From NCBI GenBank assembly GCA_951406725.2, contig OX597831.1:57784001-57848000 (forward strand): 64,000 bases of DNA. The letters are read 5' to 3'. Both the position numbers and the translations under genes were made by a program. Below the pieces are notes generated by a model. It saw only the letters and a list, made by a program, of their open reading frames with translations, did no database searches and was not told the origin of the DNA. This stretch comes from Octopus vulgaris. Lineage: Eukaryota. This document shows positions 39,574-53,096 of this stretch, piece after piece. How positions within the stretch are numbered: the first letter of the stretch is position 1; each line of letters opens with the position of its first letter.

Positions 39574-40775
39574 TATTATTGTTCAGCCCACTGCTTGGAA
39601 TCGAACTCAGAATGATAAAAGGTAGCCCCTATTGAGATTGTGGAGATGTTGGAGTGGAGCTGAGTAGATGTGTGCTAGGTGCAAGAAGTAAGATGGAAGG
39701 AATCCTCAACCAAACTCCGCATAGGCAAGAGGCAGCAATAAAATTCATCTCAGTATGTAATAGTGGTAGCAAAGATGGAGTAAGCTTATTGTTAGCTGCA
39801 AAGAGGATTAAGCAATTAAGGTAATCAGGGAGTGTGATAAAATAATTAAATTGGGACTAATCATGGGTAACTCAATAGCAGCCTTTATCTTAGCATATGC
39901 TCTGCAGGCAGGGCTACCAGAAGAACAGAGGGACTGTTTCTATGAGACTCTTCTGCAGACTTCCTCAATGATGACTAACAGCGACCTCATTATTGTGATT
40001 TCAACTGACGTATTTGCTAATATGTTGATGGCTTCTACAACATACATAGAATTTATGGTTATGGTTCAAGAAATGAGGATTGTGTAGGCTTCTGGAGTCC
40101 TGTGAAGCAATTCATCTAACAATTTGTAACACACACTTTAGAAAACCAGTCAATCATTTCATCTGCTACCAATATTGTAAACATACATGTTGGATAAATT
40201 ACATTCTTATCAAGAAATGGAACAGGAGTTCTAATTGTAAATATCAAAACCTTTCCTTGTGAAGACTGCATCATACAATATAGATTAGTGGCTAGTGACT
40301 TCAGAGTCAGAGCTAGGCAGACTTAGAAATGAAAGACAACTTTGAGAAGGAAGATATGGAAACTAAATGAATCAGTAATTGGGAATAGATTTAGGGAAAT
40401 TCTATTTGACTCATCTGTAGGAAGGTAGAATTAGGTTCCAGTGGTAGAGATGACAACTGAGGATTTCATTGAAATAACCTGCTTTAGGATACAGATCACA
40501 CATGTGGATGTTGTAAAGTTCCAGCTAAACCAAAAATAACATGGTGTTGGAATGAGAAGGTTGAATTAGCAGTGAATGCTAAAAAACAGGCTTAGAAAAT
40601 TTGAAAGGAAGGTGCTGGTAGGAAGCTTTTACTAAATGGCTAGAAAGGCAGCTAGGTGATAGGTATATCTGGCTAAAGGTAAGGCAGAAAGAAAGAGATT
40701 TGTGCATGTCTTGTAATGTGAGGGTCAGAGGTGTGAAGTATTCACAATTGTGAAGCAATATATGAGAGAGAGCAG
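39373..40775 (+). mobile_element. Old, heavily decayed RTE LINE (APE region)
   Basis: EIVEMLE, AYALQAGL, ICNTHFRKP and RLVASDF remnants, colinear with 20650-21880; carries an insert with 13-bp TSD atgataaaaggta. Confidence 0.75.
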
Positions 40776-41608
40776 ATATGTCATTTCCATTAAAAATTTT
40801 TATTTCTTTATGTTTTGAAGAGAGCAGAAATTGAAAGAGTGGAGATTGTGAAAAGGCGACATTTGCTTTGAAGTGAGAGGAGAAAGTGAAAGAGATGAGA
40901 AAGTGAAAAATGTATGTACATGTATATGAAATGGACGTGTGTGAGTGTCTGTGTGTGTGTGTGCATGAGAGAGAGAGAGAGAGAGAGAGAGAGTGTGTGA
41001 GCGAGAGTGTTGTCATTTTTGTATTTTTTTGCATGTATGTCTAAGTGGCACTCACTCACTCTCTCCTCCCCTCTCTCTCTCACACACAGACACACACACA
41101 TTATCTTTCATATACACATACATAAATATATATACATATTTTTTTTTGTATGTATGTGTGTGTGCATATGAGAGAGAAAGTGAATGACTGTATTTCCTCA
41201 TAACATATAGAAAAATAGATGTCTTTTAAGGTACACACTGATATAGAAAATGTGACGCTGTCATTGTCATCATGGTATAGAATGTTATTTATGATAATTG
41301 ACTTATAGAAAGATTATAATGTTAAATTTTTGTAATGCCAATATGTAAATGAATATAAAGTTTATTAGCTAGCCGAAAGATTACTGAATCTTTTGATACC
41401 CCATACGCCAAAATCGGCAACTCAGTTTTCGAATGCATTCATTAATTTCTGTAAAAAGTTTCTTTTTTTTTTATTTCTTTATGCTTTGAAGAGAGCAGAA
41501 ATTGAAAGAGCAGAGAAAGTGAAAAGGCAACATTTGCTTTGAAGTGAGTGCAGAAAGTGAAAGAGAGGAGAAAGTTAAAGATGTATGTACATGTATATGA
41601 AATGGACA

Positions 41609-41642
<34 letters not shown>

Positions 41643-41899
41643 TGTGTGAGAAAGAGAGAGAGAGAAAGAGAGAAAGAGAGTGAGTGAAGGTGTGAGTTGT
41701 CTTGTATGTATTTTTTGCATGTATGCATAAGAGGCACTCACTCTGTCTTGGTAGTAGAAAGATTACTTGGTAGTAGAAAGATTACTGAATCTTTTGATAC
41801 CCTGAAAGTCAAAATCAGCGACTCAGTTTTTGAATGCAGATGGAACATATGCGCGCACGCACACACACACACACACACAAACTCCTTTTTGTATATATA

Positions 41900-42124
41900 T
41901 ATTTCTTTACTACCCACAAGGGGCTAAACACAGAGGGGACAAACAAGGACAGACATAGGTATTAAGTCGATTACATCGACCCCAGTGCGTAACTGGTACT
42001 TTATTTATCGACCCCAAAAGATTGAAAGGCAAAGTCGACCTCGGCGGAATTTGAACTCAGAACGTAGAGGCAGACGAAATACTGCTAAGCATTTCGCCCG
42101 ACGCGCTAACGTTTCTGCCAGCTC
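41900..42124 (-). mobile_element. SINE family B
   Basis: Reverse complement of gagctggcagaaacgttagc...gagttcaaattccgccgaggtcgac. Confidence 0.85.
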
Positions 42125-42133
42125 ATAGATGTA

Positions 42134-42175
<42 letters not shown>

Positions 42176-42734
42176 TGTGCGTGTGTGTGGTTGTTCCATC
42201 CAAACACTCCACTTGATAACTGGTGTTGGTCTGTTTAGATACCCGTAACTTAGCGGTTCAGCAAAATAGAATGACAGAATAAATACCAGGCTTTAAAAAA
42301 TAGTACCTGGGTCGATTCATTCGACTAAAAATTCCCCAAGATGGTGCTGCAGTCTAATGAATGAAACATATAAAAAATAAATGACATATAAAAACTGTTT
42401 ATATGAGAACAAACGGAAGGGAAGACTTTTAGGACGGACAGAAGCAAAATAAATTTTCATGTTTGGAATAAGTAACAAGACGACTATAAATACTATATGG
42501 GCGGTGCCCCAGCATGGCCTCAGCCGGATGGCTGAAACAAGTAAAAGAGTAAAAGAGAGTAAACCCAATAAACAAAAGTTTAGGCACGTTATGTGTCATG
42601 TGCACTTGTGTGTATGTGTGTGTGTGTACGTGCGCGCATGTATGCATGAATGGTTTTTGAGTGTGGGGGCACGTAATTTTACCAGCAATATCCATTTCCA
42701 TTTCCTCTACATTTGCCCATTCCTCCTCCTCTTA

Positions 42735-42769
42735 TTACTACTACTACTACTACTACTATTACTACTACA

Positions 42770-42803
<34 letters not shown>

Positions 42804-42816
42804 ACTACTACTACCA

Positions 42817-42858
<42 letters not shown>

Positions 42859-42873
42859 TTACTACTACTACTA

Positions 42874-42958
<85 letters not shown>
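42735..42958. repeat. (CTA)n microsatellite
   Basis: Direct reading. Confidence 0.95.
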
Positions 42959-42961
<3 letters not shown>

Positions 42962-43461
42962 CTAGTTTTCATTTGACCTTTGCTAGTAAGGTCAACTTGG
43001 AAGAGACAGCAAAACAAAACACTTAAGTATGAATATCTGGTATATACACCTATCCAATTTCTGAAATACTGATTTCTATAAGATTTCCATGATCCCTGTC
43101 TAATCTACTTCACTCAATTGCATTCACTTGCATTATCTGTCTATTACAATGTGGTTGTTATGTGGTCTCAGGTCAAGCATTAATTGTGACCCAGGTTTTA
43201 TTATTGTTCCAGATACATCATGTCTCTTGGTGAGTGCAAGTGAAAAAAAATTAAATAAAAATCACCACTTGTGTATCATATTAATCCTTTAACATCAGAA
43301 TACTCTGTCAAATGTACTGGTTACTAATTCACATTGTTTTGAATTAATTATTCATTATCTTGAGATTTCAATAAAGTGTTTGTTAACTTTTAGTATGATA
43401 TTGTAGGGTTGGTGTGACAAGGCAGATTTGGCCGGTTTGAAGCAGAAACAAATAGAATATT

Positions 43462-43862
43462 CATTTCTTTACTACCCACAAGGGGACAAACAAGGACAAA
43501 CAAAGGGATTAAGTCGATTACATTGACCCCAGTGCGTAACTGGTGCTTATTTAATCGACCCTGAAAGGATGAAAGGCAAAGTCGACCTCGGCGGAATTTG
43601 AACTCAGAATATAAGACAGACGAAATACCTATTTCTTTACTATCCACAAGGGGTTAAACACAGAGGGGACAAACACGGACAAACAAAGGGATTAAGTCGA
43701 TTACATCGACCCCAGCGTGCAACTGGTACTTATTTAATCGACCCCGAAAGCATGAAAGGCAAAGTTGACCTCGGCGGAATTTGAACTCAGAACGTAGCGG
43801 AAGACGAAATACTGCTAAGCATTTTGCCCGTCATGCTAATGATTCTGCCAGCTCGCCGCCTT
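43462..43862 (-). mobile_element. SINE family B, tandem 1.7-mer
   Basis: Two consecutive homologous units. Confidence 0.85.
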
Positions 43863-44994
43863 AAACAAATAGAATATTTTGGCTGGATATAGGTGGCTTA
43901 AATGGTAAAAGGTTAAATGCATATACATGATCGAAGAGCATGATACTTTATATCTTTTATATGACGGGTTCCACTACAATTTCTCTCTTGACTGAAAGAG
44001 TAAAATAATTCCAGCATGCAATGGTTAATCATAATGGGTGGAGTATTTACAATCTTAATATGTTTTTCTCTTTCTATTTTCAGGGCATTTTTTGCACAGA
44101 TTTTGTTGTTTAGGTCCAGGTCAGGGCTGAGAGGTCAGTCCTATGATCAAAAGCATTCCACATATTTCTGTACTACTAGGACTAGATCCTCTTATGTGTC
44201 CATCTTTTAAGACAACAGGATCTTGATTTGAGGGCAATTTGACTGTTTCTAACAGGTTGGATGAATATACAGAGGTCGACATTATATTTATAAAGGTACA
44301 GAAAATCCACTTGCCTGGAGTACCAGAAATCCTAAGGCCAGCCTTGCAGGGCACCCATGTTTCAAGTGTCCAATTTTTTACTTCCATCATCTTGCATTCA
44401 ACATGTCCCTCCTGCCAAGTTCACATTGTACATCAAACACTCTCTCACTCAAGCAAAAGAGTAAGACTGTGTTGTCCTGACAAATACCTTGCTAGAAATA
44501 GTAGCCAAAACTCTCTCAATTGAGAACCTTCAATTATGAAAAAAAAAGACATATATATCCCTTTAGCATTCAGATTATTCTGTCAAATGTAAAGCTTATG
44601 TATTCACACCATGTAAAATTAATTTTGCATCATTTCATGACTTTGAGATTTCAATGATGTGATTGTTTATTTTTAAAATGACACAATAAGGTAGCTATGA
44701 ATGACCATATCTGACTAGTTTGAACATAAAATAGGTAGAATATTTTGGCTGGATAGGGCCGGTTTAAACATTAAAGGGTTAAGGAAATTGTATTTCTAGA
44801 TAGACCATGATTTAAAAAAAAGAGAATGGAATGGTTATGGTTTGACTGCCTTTGATCAAAATATTGCTTAGTGAGCCTCCTCTGGCCCCTGTGCTGGTGG
44901 CACCTAAAAATGGAAAAGACTGTTATAGAACCTGCAAAGCTACAATCTGCTTTATTAAGGAATATGGTCTTTAAAAAATTGCTGTTCTGCCTTT

Positions 44995-45231
44995 TTAACC
45001 TTTTTACTCATTTCAGTCATTTGACTGCAGCCATGCTGGAGCACTGCCTTTAGTCGAGCAAATCTTTGTAAGCCAAGTACTAATTCTATTGGTCTCTTTT
45101 GCTGAACTGCTAAGTTACGGGGACATAAACACACCACCATCGGTTGTCAAGAGATGTTGGGCAGGTGGGGCAGACAAACACAGACACACAAACATGTACA
45201 CATACATACATACATACATACATACATACAT

Positions 45232-45284
<53 letters not shown>

Positions 45285-45460
45285 CATACATATATATGAC
45301 GGGCTTCTTTCAGTTTCTGTCTACCAAATTCACTCACAAGGCTTTGGTCGGCCCGAGGCTATAGTAGAAGACACTTCCCCAAGGTGCCATGCAGTGGGAC
45401 TGAACCCGGAACGATGTGGTTGGTAGGCAAGCTCCTTACCACACAGCCACTCCTGTGCCT
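44995..45460 (-). mobile_element. SINE family A
   Basis: Homology. Confidence 0.85.
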
Positions 45461-45831
45461 TCTCGTTATAATTTATAAGAATTTACTTCATGTTCAAATT
45501 TGCAAACTAAAGTCAAAAAAGTTAATATTACATTAGGTAACACGATTTTTGAACTTGGGTAGCAGCTGTTATTTTCTATTTCTTACCCCTATGAAGTATG
45601 AAAAAAGGTTAATATTTCTTCAAACTTTGCTTTTGTTCCAATAGTTATTAAAACCTCAAGGAATCCCACTAAACACATGAATATGATTCTCCCCCACTAC
45701 TCCTGCTCATGATCAGAGATGCACATTGTCAGCCATAAAGGGACATGCTCAAGTGATTATGGTCAAGCAACTGACAAGAAAATCTGTGGTATTGAACAGA
45801 ATATTTGCTATAACAATATTTCTGATTCAGA

Positions 45832-46245
45832 GGTGGCGAGCTGGCAGAAACATTAGCACGCCGGGCGAAATGCTTAGCGGTATTTCATCTGCCGATACAT
45901 TCTGAGTTCAAATTCTGCCGAGGTCGACTTTGCCTTTCATCCTTTCGGGGTTGATAAACTAAGGTCCAGTTACGCACTGTGGTCGATATAATCGACTTAA
46001 TCCGTTTGTCTATCCTTGTTTGGCCTCTCTGTGTTTAGACCCTTGTGCGTAGTAAAGAAATAGGTATTTCGTCTGCCACTACGTTCTGAGTTCAAATTCC
46101 ACCAAGGTCAACTTTGCCTTTCGTCCTTTCGGGGGTCATTTAAATAAGTACCAGTTACGCACTGGGGTCGATGTAATTGACATCGTCCCTTTTTTTGTCC
46201 TTGTTTGTCCTCTCTATGTTTAGCCCCTTGTGAACATTAAAGAAT
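45832..46245 (+). mobile_element. SINE family B, tandem 1.7-mer
   Basis: Homology; second unit restarts at ggtatttcgtctgcc. Confidence 0.85.
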
Positions 46246-46867
46246 TAAATATTTCTGATTCAACAACATAGTACTGAATCTGTTTGAAATCTAATGGAAA
46301 ATAAGTCAGTTTCAAAAGCATTATTTGAAGGGAATAGAAATCATTTCTTTTGCTCTCTAAATAGAAGCAAATAGGAATTAACACTTACTGACCAAATACA
46401 AAAAAAAATCTTTTTAATTTTGTTACGCACATTTTGTTATGCTGCACATAAAAATGTGAACTAAATGGAAGGCAATAAAAATACTTACCTACTTTAAAGT
46501 AGCATCCAGACTGGCTTTTAGTGAATTATTATTCAGCAATTTTTGCACACTATTGTATCCGATAAGTTTCTTACAAAAATTCAAGTCAGAATTTGTCAGT
46601 GAATTCATACCTTATAAAATAACTTGTCAAAAAACGAATCAAGTTGTTAGTAAATGTTATCATAAAATAACACCCCAAGAAGAATAAAAGAATTCCTTCT
46701 GCATGCAGCTTTTGGCTTATTTCACACATTCCACATCTATCATAATTATTGTCATTTGCAAATGTTGCTCATAACTCACTTAATGTAATATACCTTCATG
46801 TCAAACCAGTTCCTACAACCATCTCCTAAGATGAAATATCTAATGTATTGCCATAGAAATTGAACTC

Positions 46868-47097
46868 GGCGAGCTAGCAGAAACGTTAGCACGTCGGGCG
46901 AAATGCTTAGCAGTATTTCGTCTGCCGTTACATTGTGAGTTCAAATTCCGCCGAGGTCGACTTTACCTTTCGTCCTTTCGGGGTCGATAAATTAAGTACC
47001 AGTTACGCACTGGGGTCGATGTAATCGACTTAATACCTATGTCTGTCCTTGTTTGTCCCCTCTATGTTTAGCCCCTTGTGGGTAATAAAGAAATAGG
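46868..47097 (+). mobile_element. SINE family B
   Basis: Homology. Confidence 0.88.
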
Positions 47098-47799
47098 TAA
47101 TTCAGGTTTCAATCCTGCTGTGCATTTAGTAGAAACAGTTCAATGATAGACTTTAAATAAATAACAGTACAGGTTGGATTTCTTAAATCTAGAACTCAGT
47201 GAACTGACATGATTTTAATTTTTGATTTTAGACTTTATATTAAACAAATTAATTAAATGATCTTTTCTGTTATTGGTACAAGGCCTGATATGTTAGGGGA
47301 GGGAGCTAGTCAATTTCACCAACCCAGTACTTGACTGGTACTTACTTATTTTATCAACCCAGAAAGGAGAAAAGCAAAGTCAAGATCAGCAGAATTTGAA
47401 CTCAGATTGTAAAGAGAGACAAAATGTTGCTAAGCATTTAGCCCAATGCATAAAGACAATAAGCTTTATTTCTTTTCCATTCACAAGTGAAAGAAAAAAA
47501 ATAACATGGATTCCTGGTAAGACAATTCTCTCCCTTGCCATAGAGATGAACAACCAATCAGAGGTTACAGAAATACAAAAAATTCTAACCAAAGAACTGT
47601 GAATCTCCATAAAATATGTGATGGTGGTCATGTACATATATGGATCAGTAAATTGCTACATGAACCTGGACGTATGAAAAAGAACGTATACAGACATATT
47701 ACTGGAAGTAGTTGGAATTAAGTCTTCCTGTGGGATGACGTCAGCAGCTGGGGAGCTGACCGGAAAAACTGAAGAATGTCTATGAAAACTATGATTGCG

Positions 47800-48036
47800 G
47801 AAGGCAGCGAGCTGGCAGAAATGTTAGCACGCCAGGTGAAATGCTTAGTAGTATTTCATCTGCCGCTACATTCTGAGTTCAAATTCCGCCGAGGTCGACT
47901 TTGCCTTTCATCCTTTCGGGGTCATTTAAATAAGTACCAGTTACGCACTGGAGTCGATGTAATCGACTTAATACCTTTGTCTGTCCTTGTTTGTCCTATC
48001 TATGTTTAGCCCCTTGTGGGTAATAATGAAATATAT
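47800..48036 (+). mobile_element. SINE family B with a 13-bp TSD
   Basis: aactatgattgcg at 47787-47799 and 48037-48049. Confidence 0.9.
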
Positions 48037-49756
48037 AACTATGATTGCGAAGAACTGCATTTGTTATAATAACAAGGAAGATATGAACTGGACTGTTTTG
48101 AATAATATTTCAACCTGTATGTAAATTTCAAACTAAGTTTACTGGAGCTGAATGGAGCAAAACCCTGCCAGTGAACTATATCTTCCAGCCTGTGATGTTT
48201 AGAAGAACTGGGTCGCTAATGGCAAAGTTCTTGTCATCTTTGTCAGGTGATGTCCATGAGGGTGCTTGGCTTCTCCAATGCCTTAGTATCGTCATCGTCT
48301 GTGGTAATGCTGTGAGCAAACTGGCTTGCTTCAGTAGGTTCTGTGTGCAGCCAATTAAAGCATGCAGTACAGCATTGCTGCTTTTTTGTTTTTTTCTTAT
48401 TTCTCTTTCGTTAAATATATTCCTGTTCATATTTTGAATATATAAAAGTGAGGTTGTGTGCTGTCTGTCTCCTACGATTTAATTTCCAAAACATTTTATG
48501 TGTGTATACATTTGTATTTATATAATTATAACCATCTTTATGGCTTACTGTTCTCTTTCTCTTTTATGCTACTAATGAACTTATCATTAACTTTACTTCT
48601 ACAAAGCTAATAATTTAATTTAATGTAATGTATTGTTTAGTAGACTCAAGATTCTTGACATTATACTGATGAGATCCAACTAGATCAAAATAACAGCTAT
48701 ATATGAATGTTAAGGATTATAACTGATAAAATATCATTTAAAAGAAAGAAAATTTAATCAAATAAGTGTATAAAGACAATAAACATAGTTCCTTTCATTT
48801 AACTGATAAAGAAAAAAATATGGATTTCTGGCAAGATGAGATGAACAATTAATCATCTGAGAGATTACACTGAATAAAAACGAAGTTTTTATTCAACCCT
48901 ATTTCAAGCTTCATTCTAGCTGTGATAAGACACCAACATAGGTGTATAACGAGATGGCAAGGCTGTGTAGATAAGGACTTCTTTTGGGGTGAGATTCTGT
49001 TTTCTCTCATTTTTCTAGAGTGCGGCAATGGACAAACATCACGGTTGTCAGATTTATGATGTCCAACTTATATTTGGTTTGAATTTACATTTACTCAGAG
49101 TTCAGATCCTGTAGGGAGTCAATGTTATGTTTCATCACTCCAGGGTTGATAGAAATCAAGTGTGTAATACTACGTTAATAATTCAACTGACTTTAATTAC
49201 AGAGGTTAGAGGTCACTAATTTGTGGCTTTTAGCATATGATATGTAGGTGGAACTCATTTGGTGCCAGTGATGGGTATTCAGATGTTCAATCAAATGAAT
49301 TACCTACTCATTCTAGTTACAATGAACTTGTTGAGCATTCCACACACATGTGGTCTTAACATACTTTCCAGGCAGAGCAGTTGACACAGTGTGTGACAAG
49401 GCTGGAGCTTTGAATTACAAGTACAATCCATCTGATTACACTTACAAAGCTTAGATCACCCAGAGACTATGGTAAAGCATACTTACTCAAGATGCCACAC
49501 AGTAGGATTGAAATCAGGACATTGCGATTGCAAAATGAACTTCTTAACCAGTCATGACCTGGAGCATATGTAATAAAACATCACCAACACAATCATCACC
49601 ACCACTTGTGTAGAGGGAGAAAAGTTTGAAAAAAATGATAGAGTACCGGAGTCCTTTGAATTTGTGATTTCTTGTTTTACAAATTGAAGACTTACCAGAG
49701 CCAAATTTGCATTTTATTGTTACAATCAGAGCTTAAGCTATCTCTTTCCTTAATTC

Positions 49757-50083
49757 CATGGCTCAATGGTTAGAGTGTCGAGCTTATGATCATGAGGTTG
49801 TGAGTTTGAATCCCGGACCGGGCTGCGTGTTGTGTTCTTGAGCAAGACACTTTATTTCACGTTGCTCCAGTTCTCTCAGCTGTAGAAATGAGTTGTGACA
49901 TCACAGGTACCAAGCTGTATCTGCCGTTGCCTTTCCTTTGGATAACACTGGTGGTGTGGAGAGGGGAGGCTGGTATGCATGGGCGACTGCTGGTCTTCCA
50001 TAAACAAACTTGCCCGGACTTGTGCCTGGGAGGGTAACTTTCTAGGTGCAATCCCATGGTCAGTCATGACCGAAGGGGGTCTC
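49757..50083 (+). mobile_element. tRNA-type SINE family C
   Basis: catggctcaatggttagag...gtgagtttgaatccc; homologous to 3328-3657. Confidence 0.8.
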
Positions 50084-50145
50084 AAAAAAAAATTCCATAG
50101 TGATGATGATGATGGTATTAGTGACAATGACAACAAGGACGATTA

Positions 50146-50351
50146 TTCTTTTATTTGTTTCAGTCATTTGACTGTGGTCATGCTGGAGCACCACTTTTAG
50201 TCAACCAAATTGACCCCGGGACTTATCTTTGTAAGCCTAGTACTTATTCTATTGGTCTCTTTTGCCGAACTGCTAAGTTACGGGGACGTAAACACACTAG
50301 CATCGGTTGTCAAGCGATGTTGGGGAGACAAACACAGACACACAAACATAT

Positions 50352-50384
<33 letters not shown>
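50146..50384 (-). mobile_element. SINE family A, 3' half (5' half at 56560-56738)
   Basis: Homology ends at (TA)n 50384 and resumes after (TA)n ~56560. Confidence 0.8.
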
Positions 50385-50482
50385 ACGGGAAGCTTTATGA
50401 AAATAGACAAAAGACGAAGGCAGGTGGGAAACAAACAAACAATTGTATTAGTATGGCGCTCAGGAAATATAAATAAAACAAG

Positions 50483-50520
50483 TCTTTAACGTTTCGAGCC
50501 TACGCTCTTCAACAGAAAGA
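50483..50520 (-). ncRNA. Type I hammerhead-like motif in the Penelope pLTR (core variant CUGUUGA)
   Basis: tcttt CTGTTGA a gagc gtag gctc GAAACGTT aaaga. Confidence 0.65.
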
Positions 50521-51258
50521 TACACAGAGAGAAAAAAAAACACAGAAGGAAGGAGAGAAAAAAAATGCGTGCAGTAACTAACGAATCAACATGGCGATCT
50601 GATTTCGGCCAGAGGTCAAAGATCAAACATGAGACGCGAGAGCGAAATAAGGGGAGATAATAGGGTTGATAATAGGGTTGAATGACCAGCTATTAGTGCG
50701 TATGAGAGGTCTGGATGTGTGTATGTATAGGGTTGGTGTATGTATTAGTATGTATTAGTATGTATAGGGTGTGTGTGTGTGTATGAGAGAGTATTAGTGC
50801 GTATGAGAGGTCTGGACGTGCGTAGGTATAGGGTTGGTGTATGTATTAGTATGTATTAGTACGTATTAGTATGTATAAGTGTGTGTGTGTGTGTATGAGA
50901 GAGTATAAGTGCGTATGAGAGGTCTGGACGTGTGTATGTATTAGTATATATTAGTACGTATTAGTATGTATTAGTTGGTGTATGTATTAGTATGGCACAT
51001 CATATATGATGTGATGTGTAAAGTCGTGTGGTGTAGTGTGGAGAGAGGAGAAGAGGGGGAGGGGAGAGAGGAGGGGATAAGGAAGGGGAGGAGGAAAGAG
51101 GGAGAGGGGAGAGAGAAGGGGAGTGAGGGAGCAGAGGGAAGGGAGCAGAGGGAAGGAGGAGGGAGAAAGAGGGAAGAAGGGAAGGGGAGTAGGGGTGAAA
51201 GGATGAAGGACTGAAGAAGTAGGGGTCGGGGGGGATAGGTGAGGAGGGGGAGAGGGGG

Positions 51259-53068
51259 TTAGATGAGGAGGGGGAGAGTTGAGACCAAATGGCGTATAAG
51301 AGCGAAGAGAGAGAAGATTAATTCCTGTTCACGGCGCAAACGGGAATCCGGATGGCCTCTGTGTAAGGACAAACCGAACACAGATAGGTGTTGCAAGGAG
51401 TGACCGGTGGAGCGGAAATGGCGTGAGACTGTTGTGTCGTTCGCAAGGTGGATGTCACGAAGGTGTTCCGCGAACCGGTCAGCCAAGCGGCGTCCCGTTT
51501 GTCCGATGTACCAGGAATGGCAGAGAGAGCAAGAGACACAATAGATAATATTGCTGGAGGTGCAGGTGAAGGAGTGGATGATGGGATAGGGTCGATGGTG
51601 GGTGCTAGTGAGGAGGGTGGTGTTGGAGAGGTAAGGGCAAGTGCGGCAACGTGGGCGGGAGCAGGGGAACGAGCCGGGTTGGGAGGTAGGGTCAGGGAAG
51701 GAGCTATGGACCAAAAGGTCTCGAAGGTTGTGGGCTCGTTTGAAAGAGGGGAGGGGTCGGCTAGGGAAGAGGTGTGAAGTGGACGGGTCGGACTGGAGAT
51801 GACGGAAAGCTCGAAGAATGGTGCGTTGGAGACGTAGGGTCGTGGGGTGGTAAGTGAGGGGAAAAGGGAGGCGGGAGACTACAGGGCGGGTTCGGGGAGA
51901 GAGAGCAGATACACGGTCCACGGACCGTGCTCTGGCAAAGGCGGTGTGGATAGTGGTGAGGGGGTATCCACGTAGGGTGAAGTGGTGAGCCATACGTTGA
52001 GACTGAGTCTCAAAGTCATGGTCGTCGCTACAGAGCCTACGTAGACGGAGGAATTGGGAATAGGGGATGGAAAGCTTGGTGTGTTCTGGGTGGGAGGAAG
52101 AGAAGTTGAGGTATGAGTGTGAGTCTGTGTGTTTGTAGTGAATGGAGGTGGTAAGAGTGGAGTGAAGAATGCTAACCGAAATGTCGAGGAAGGAGACAGA
52201 GGTGTTGGAGATAGTGGAAGTGAAGTGGAGGGCTGGATGGAAAGATTGGACGAAAGAGAGGAAGGAATCTAGATGTTCACGGGAGAGTGAGGTGGCACCG
52301 ATAATGTCGTCAATGTAACGACCATATAGTTCAGGAGTGGGACCAGTGAAATTAGAGAATATTTGGGCCTCAACATAGCCAACGAACAGGTTCGCATAGT
52401 TGGGGCCCATTCGCGTTCCCATGGCCACTCCCGAGACCTGAGGGTAGAACTCGCCTGCGAACAAGAAGCAGTTCAGAGTAAGGACAAGTTCGGCCAGACG
52501 AATGAGTGTGGAGGTGTCAGGTATAGGGTTGGAGCGGAGGTCAAGAAAGTGTCGAAGGGCCTGCAGTCCTTCGTGGTGAGGGATAACAGTATAGAGGCTT
52601 TGGATGTCCATAGTAAAAAGGATTTTGGAGGAGCCGGGAGGAAAGGAGAAAGAGTTGAAAAGCCGGAGAGCATGGTTGGTATCGTGGATGTGGGAGGAAG
52701 AGATGCCACTAGGGGGGCAAGGACACGGTCGAGGTATTTAGAGATGAGCTCCGTGGGGCAGTTACAGGCGGAGACGATGGGGCGGCCAGGGTTGTTGGGT
52801 TTGTGGATTTTGGGGAGGAAGTAAATGGTGGGGGTACGTGGGGTTCACACAATTAGGTTGGATGCGGTGTGGGGGACATGGGAGGACGAGATGAGGTCGT
52901 GGACAGTAGAGGATACCGTCTGTTGGTAGCTACGTGTGGGGTTAGAGGGCAGAGGGGAGTAGAAGGAGGTGTCATTGAGTTGGCGGAAAGCCTCGGCCCT
53001 ATAGAGGTCTGCGCGCCACACCACTACAGCTCCACCCTTGTCAGCCGGTTTGATGATAATGTCAGCAC
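51259..53068 (-). pseudogene. Penelope RT plus GIY-YIG endonuclease ORF, disrupted
   Basis: 450-aa open part 51259-52611 (CSRPRCRTC linker; IIYCVSC..WYIGQTGR..RFAEH); stop at 52845-52847 and frameshift near 52690 upstream. Confidence 0.9.
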
Positions 53069-53096
53069 ATATATATATATATACATATATATATAT

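Larger units (their letters stand above)
50385..53068 (-). mobile_element. 5'-truncated Penelope-like element (Neptune-type) with 3' pLTR
   Basis: KPADKGG, LPKIHK..PGRPIVS, DIQSLYT, GVAMG, RYIDD, FLD, then Cys linker and GIY-YIG; long 3' non-coding region with ~100-bp subrepeats (50690-50990). Confidence 0.92.

Noticed and set aside
47460-48430. ORFs 48171-48437 and 48176-48430 as a gene
   Set aside because: Region is interrupted by a SINE and by stops; more likely a very old LINE remnant, family not assignable
49757-49825. tRNA genes at SINE heads
   Set aside because: A/B-box-like heads continue into SINE bodies and lack a complete cloverleaf
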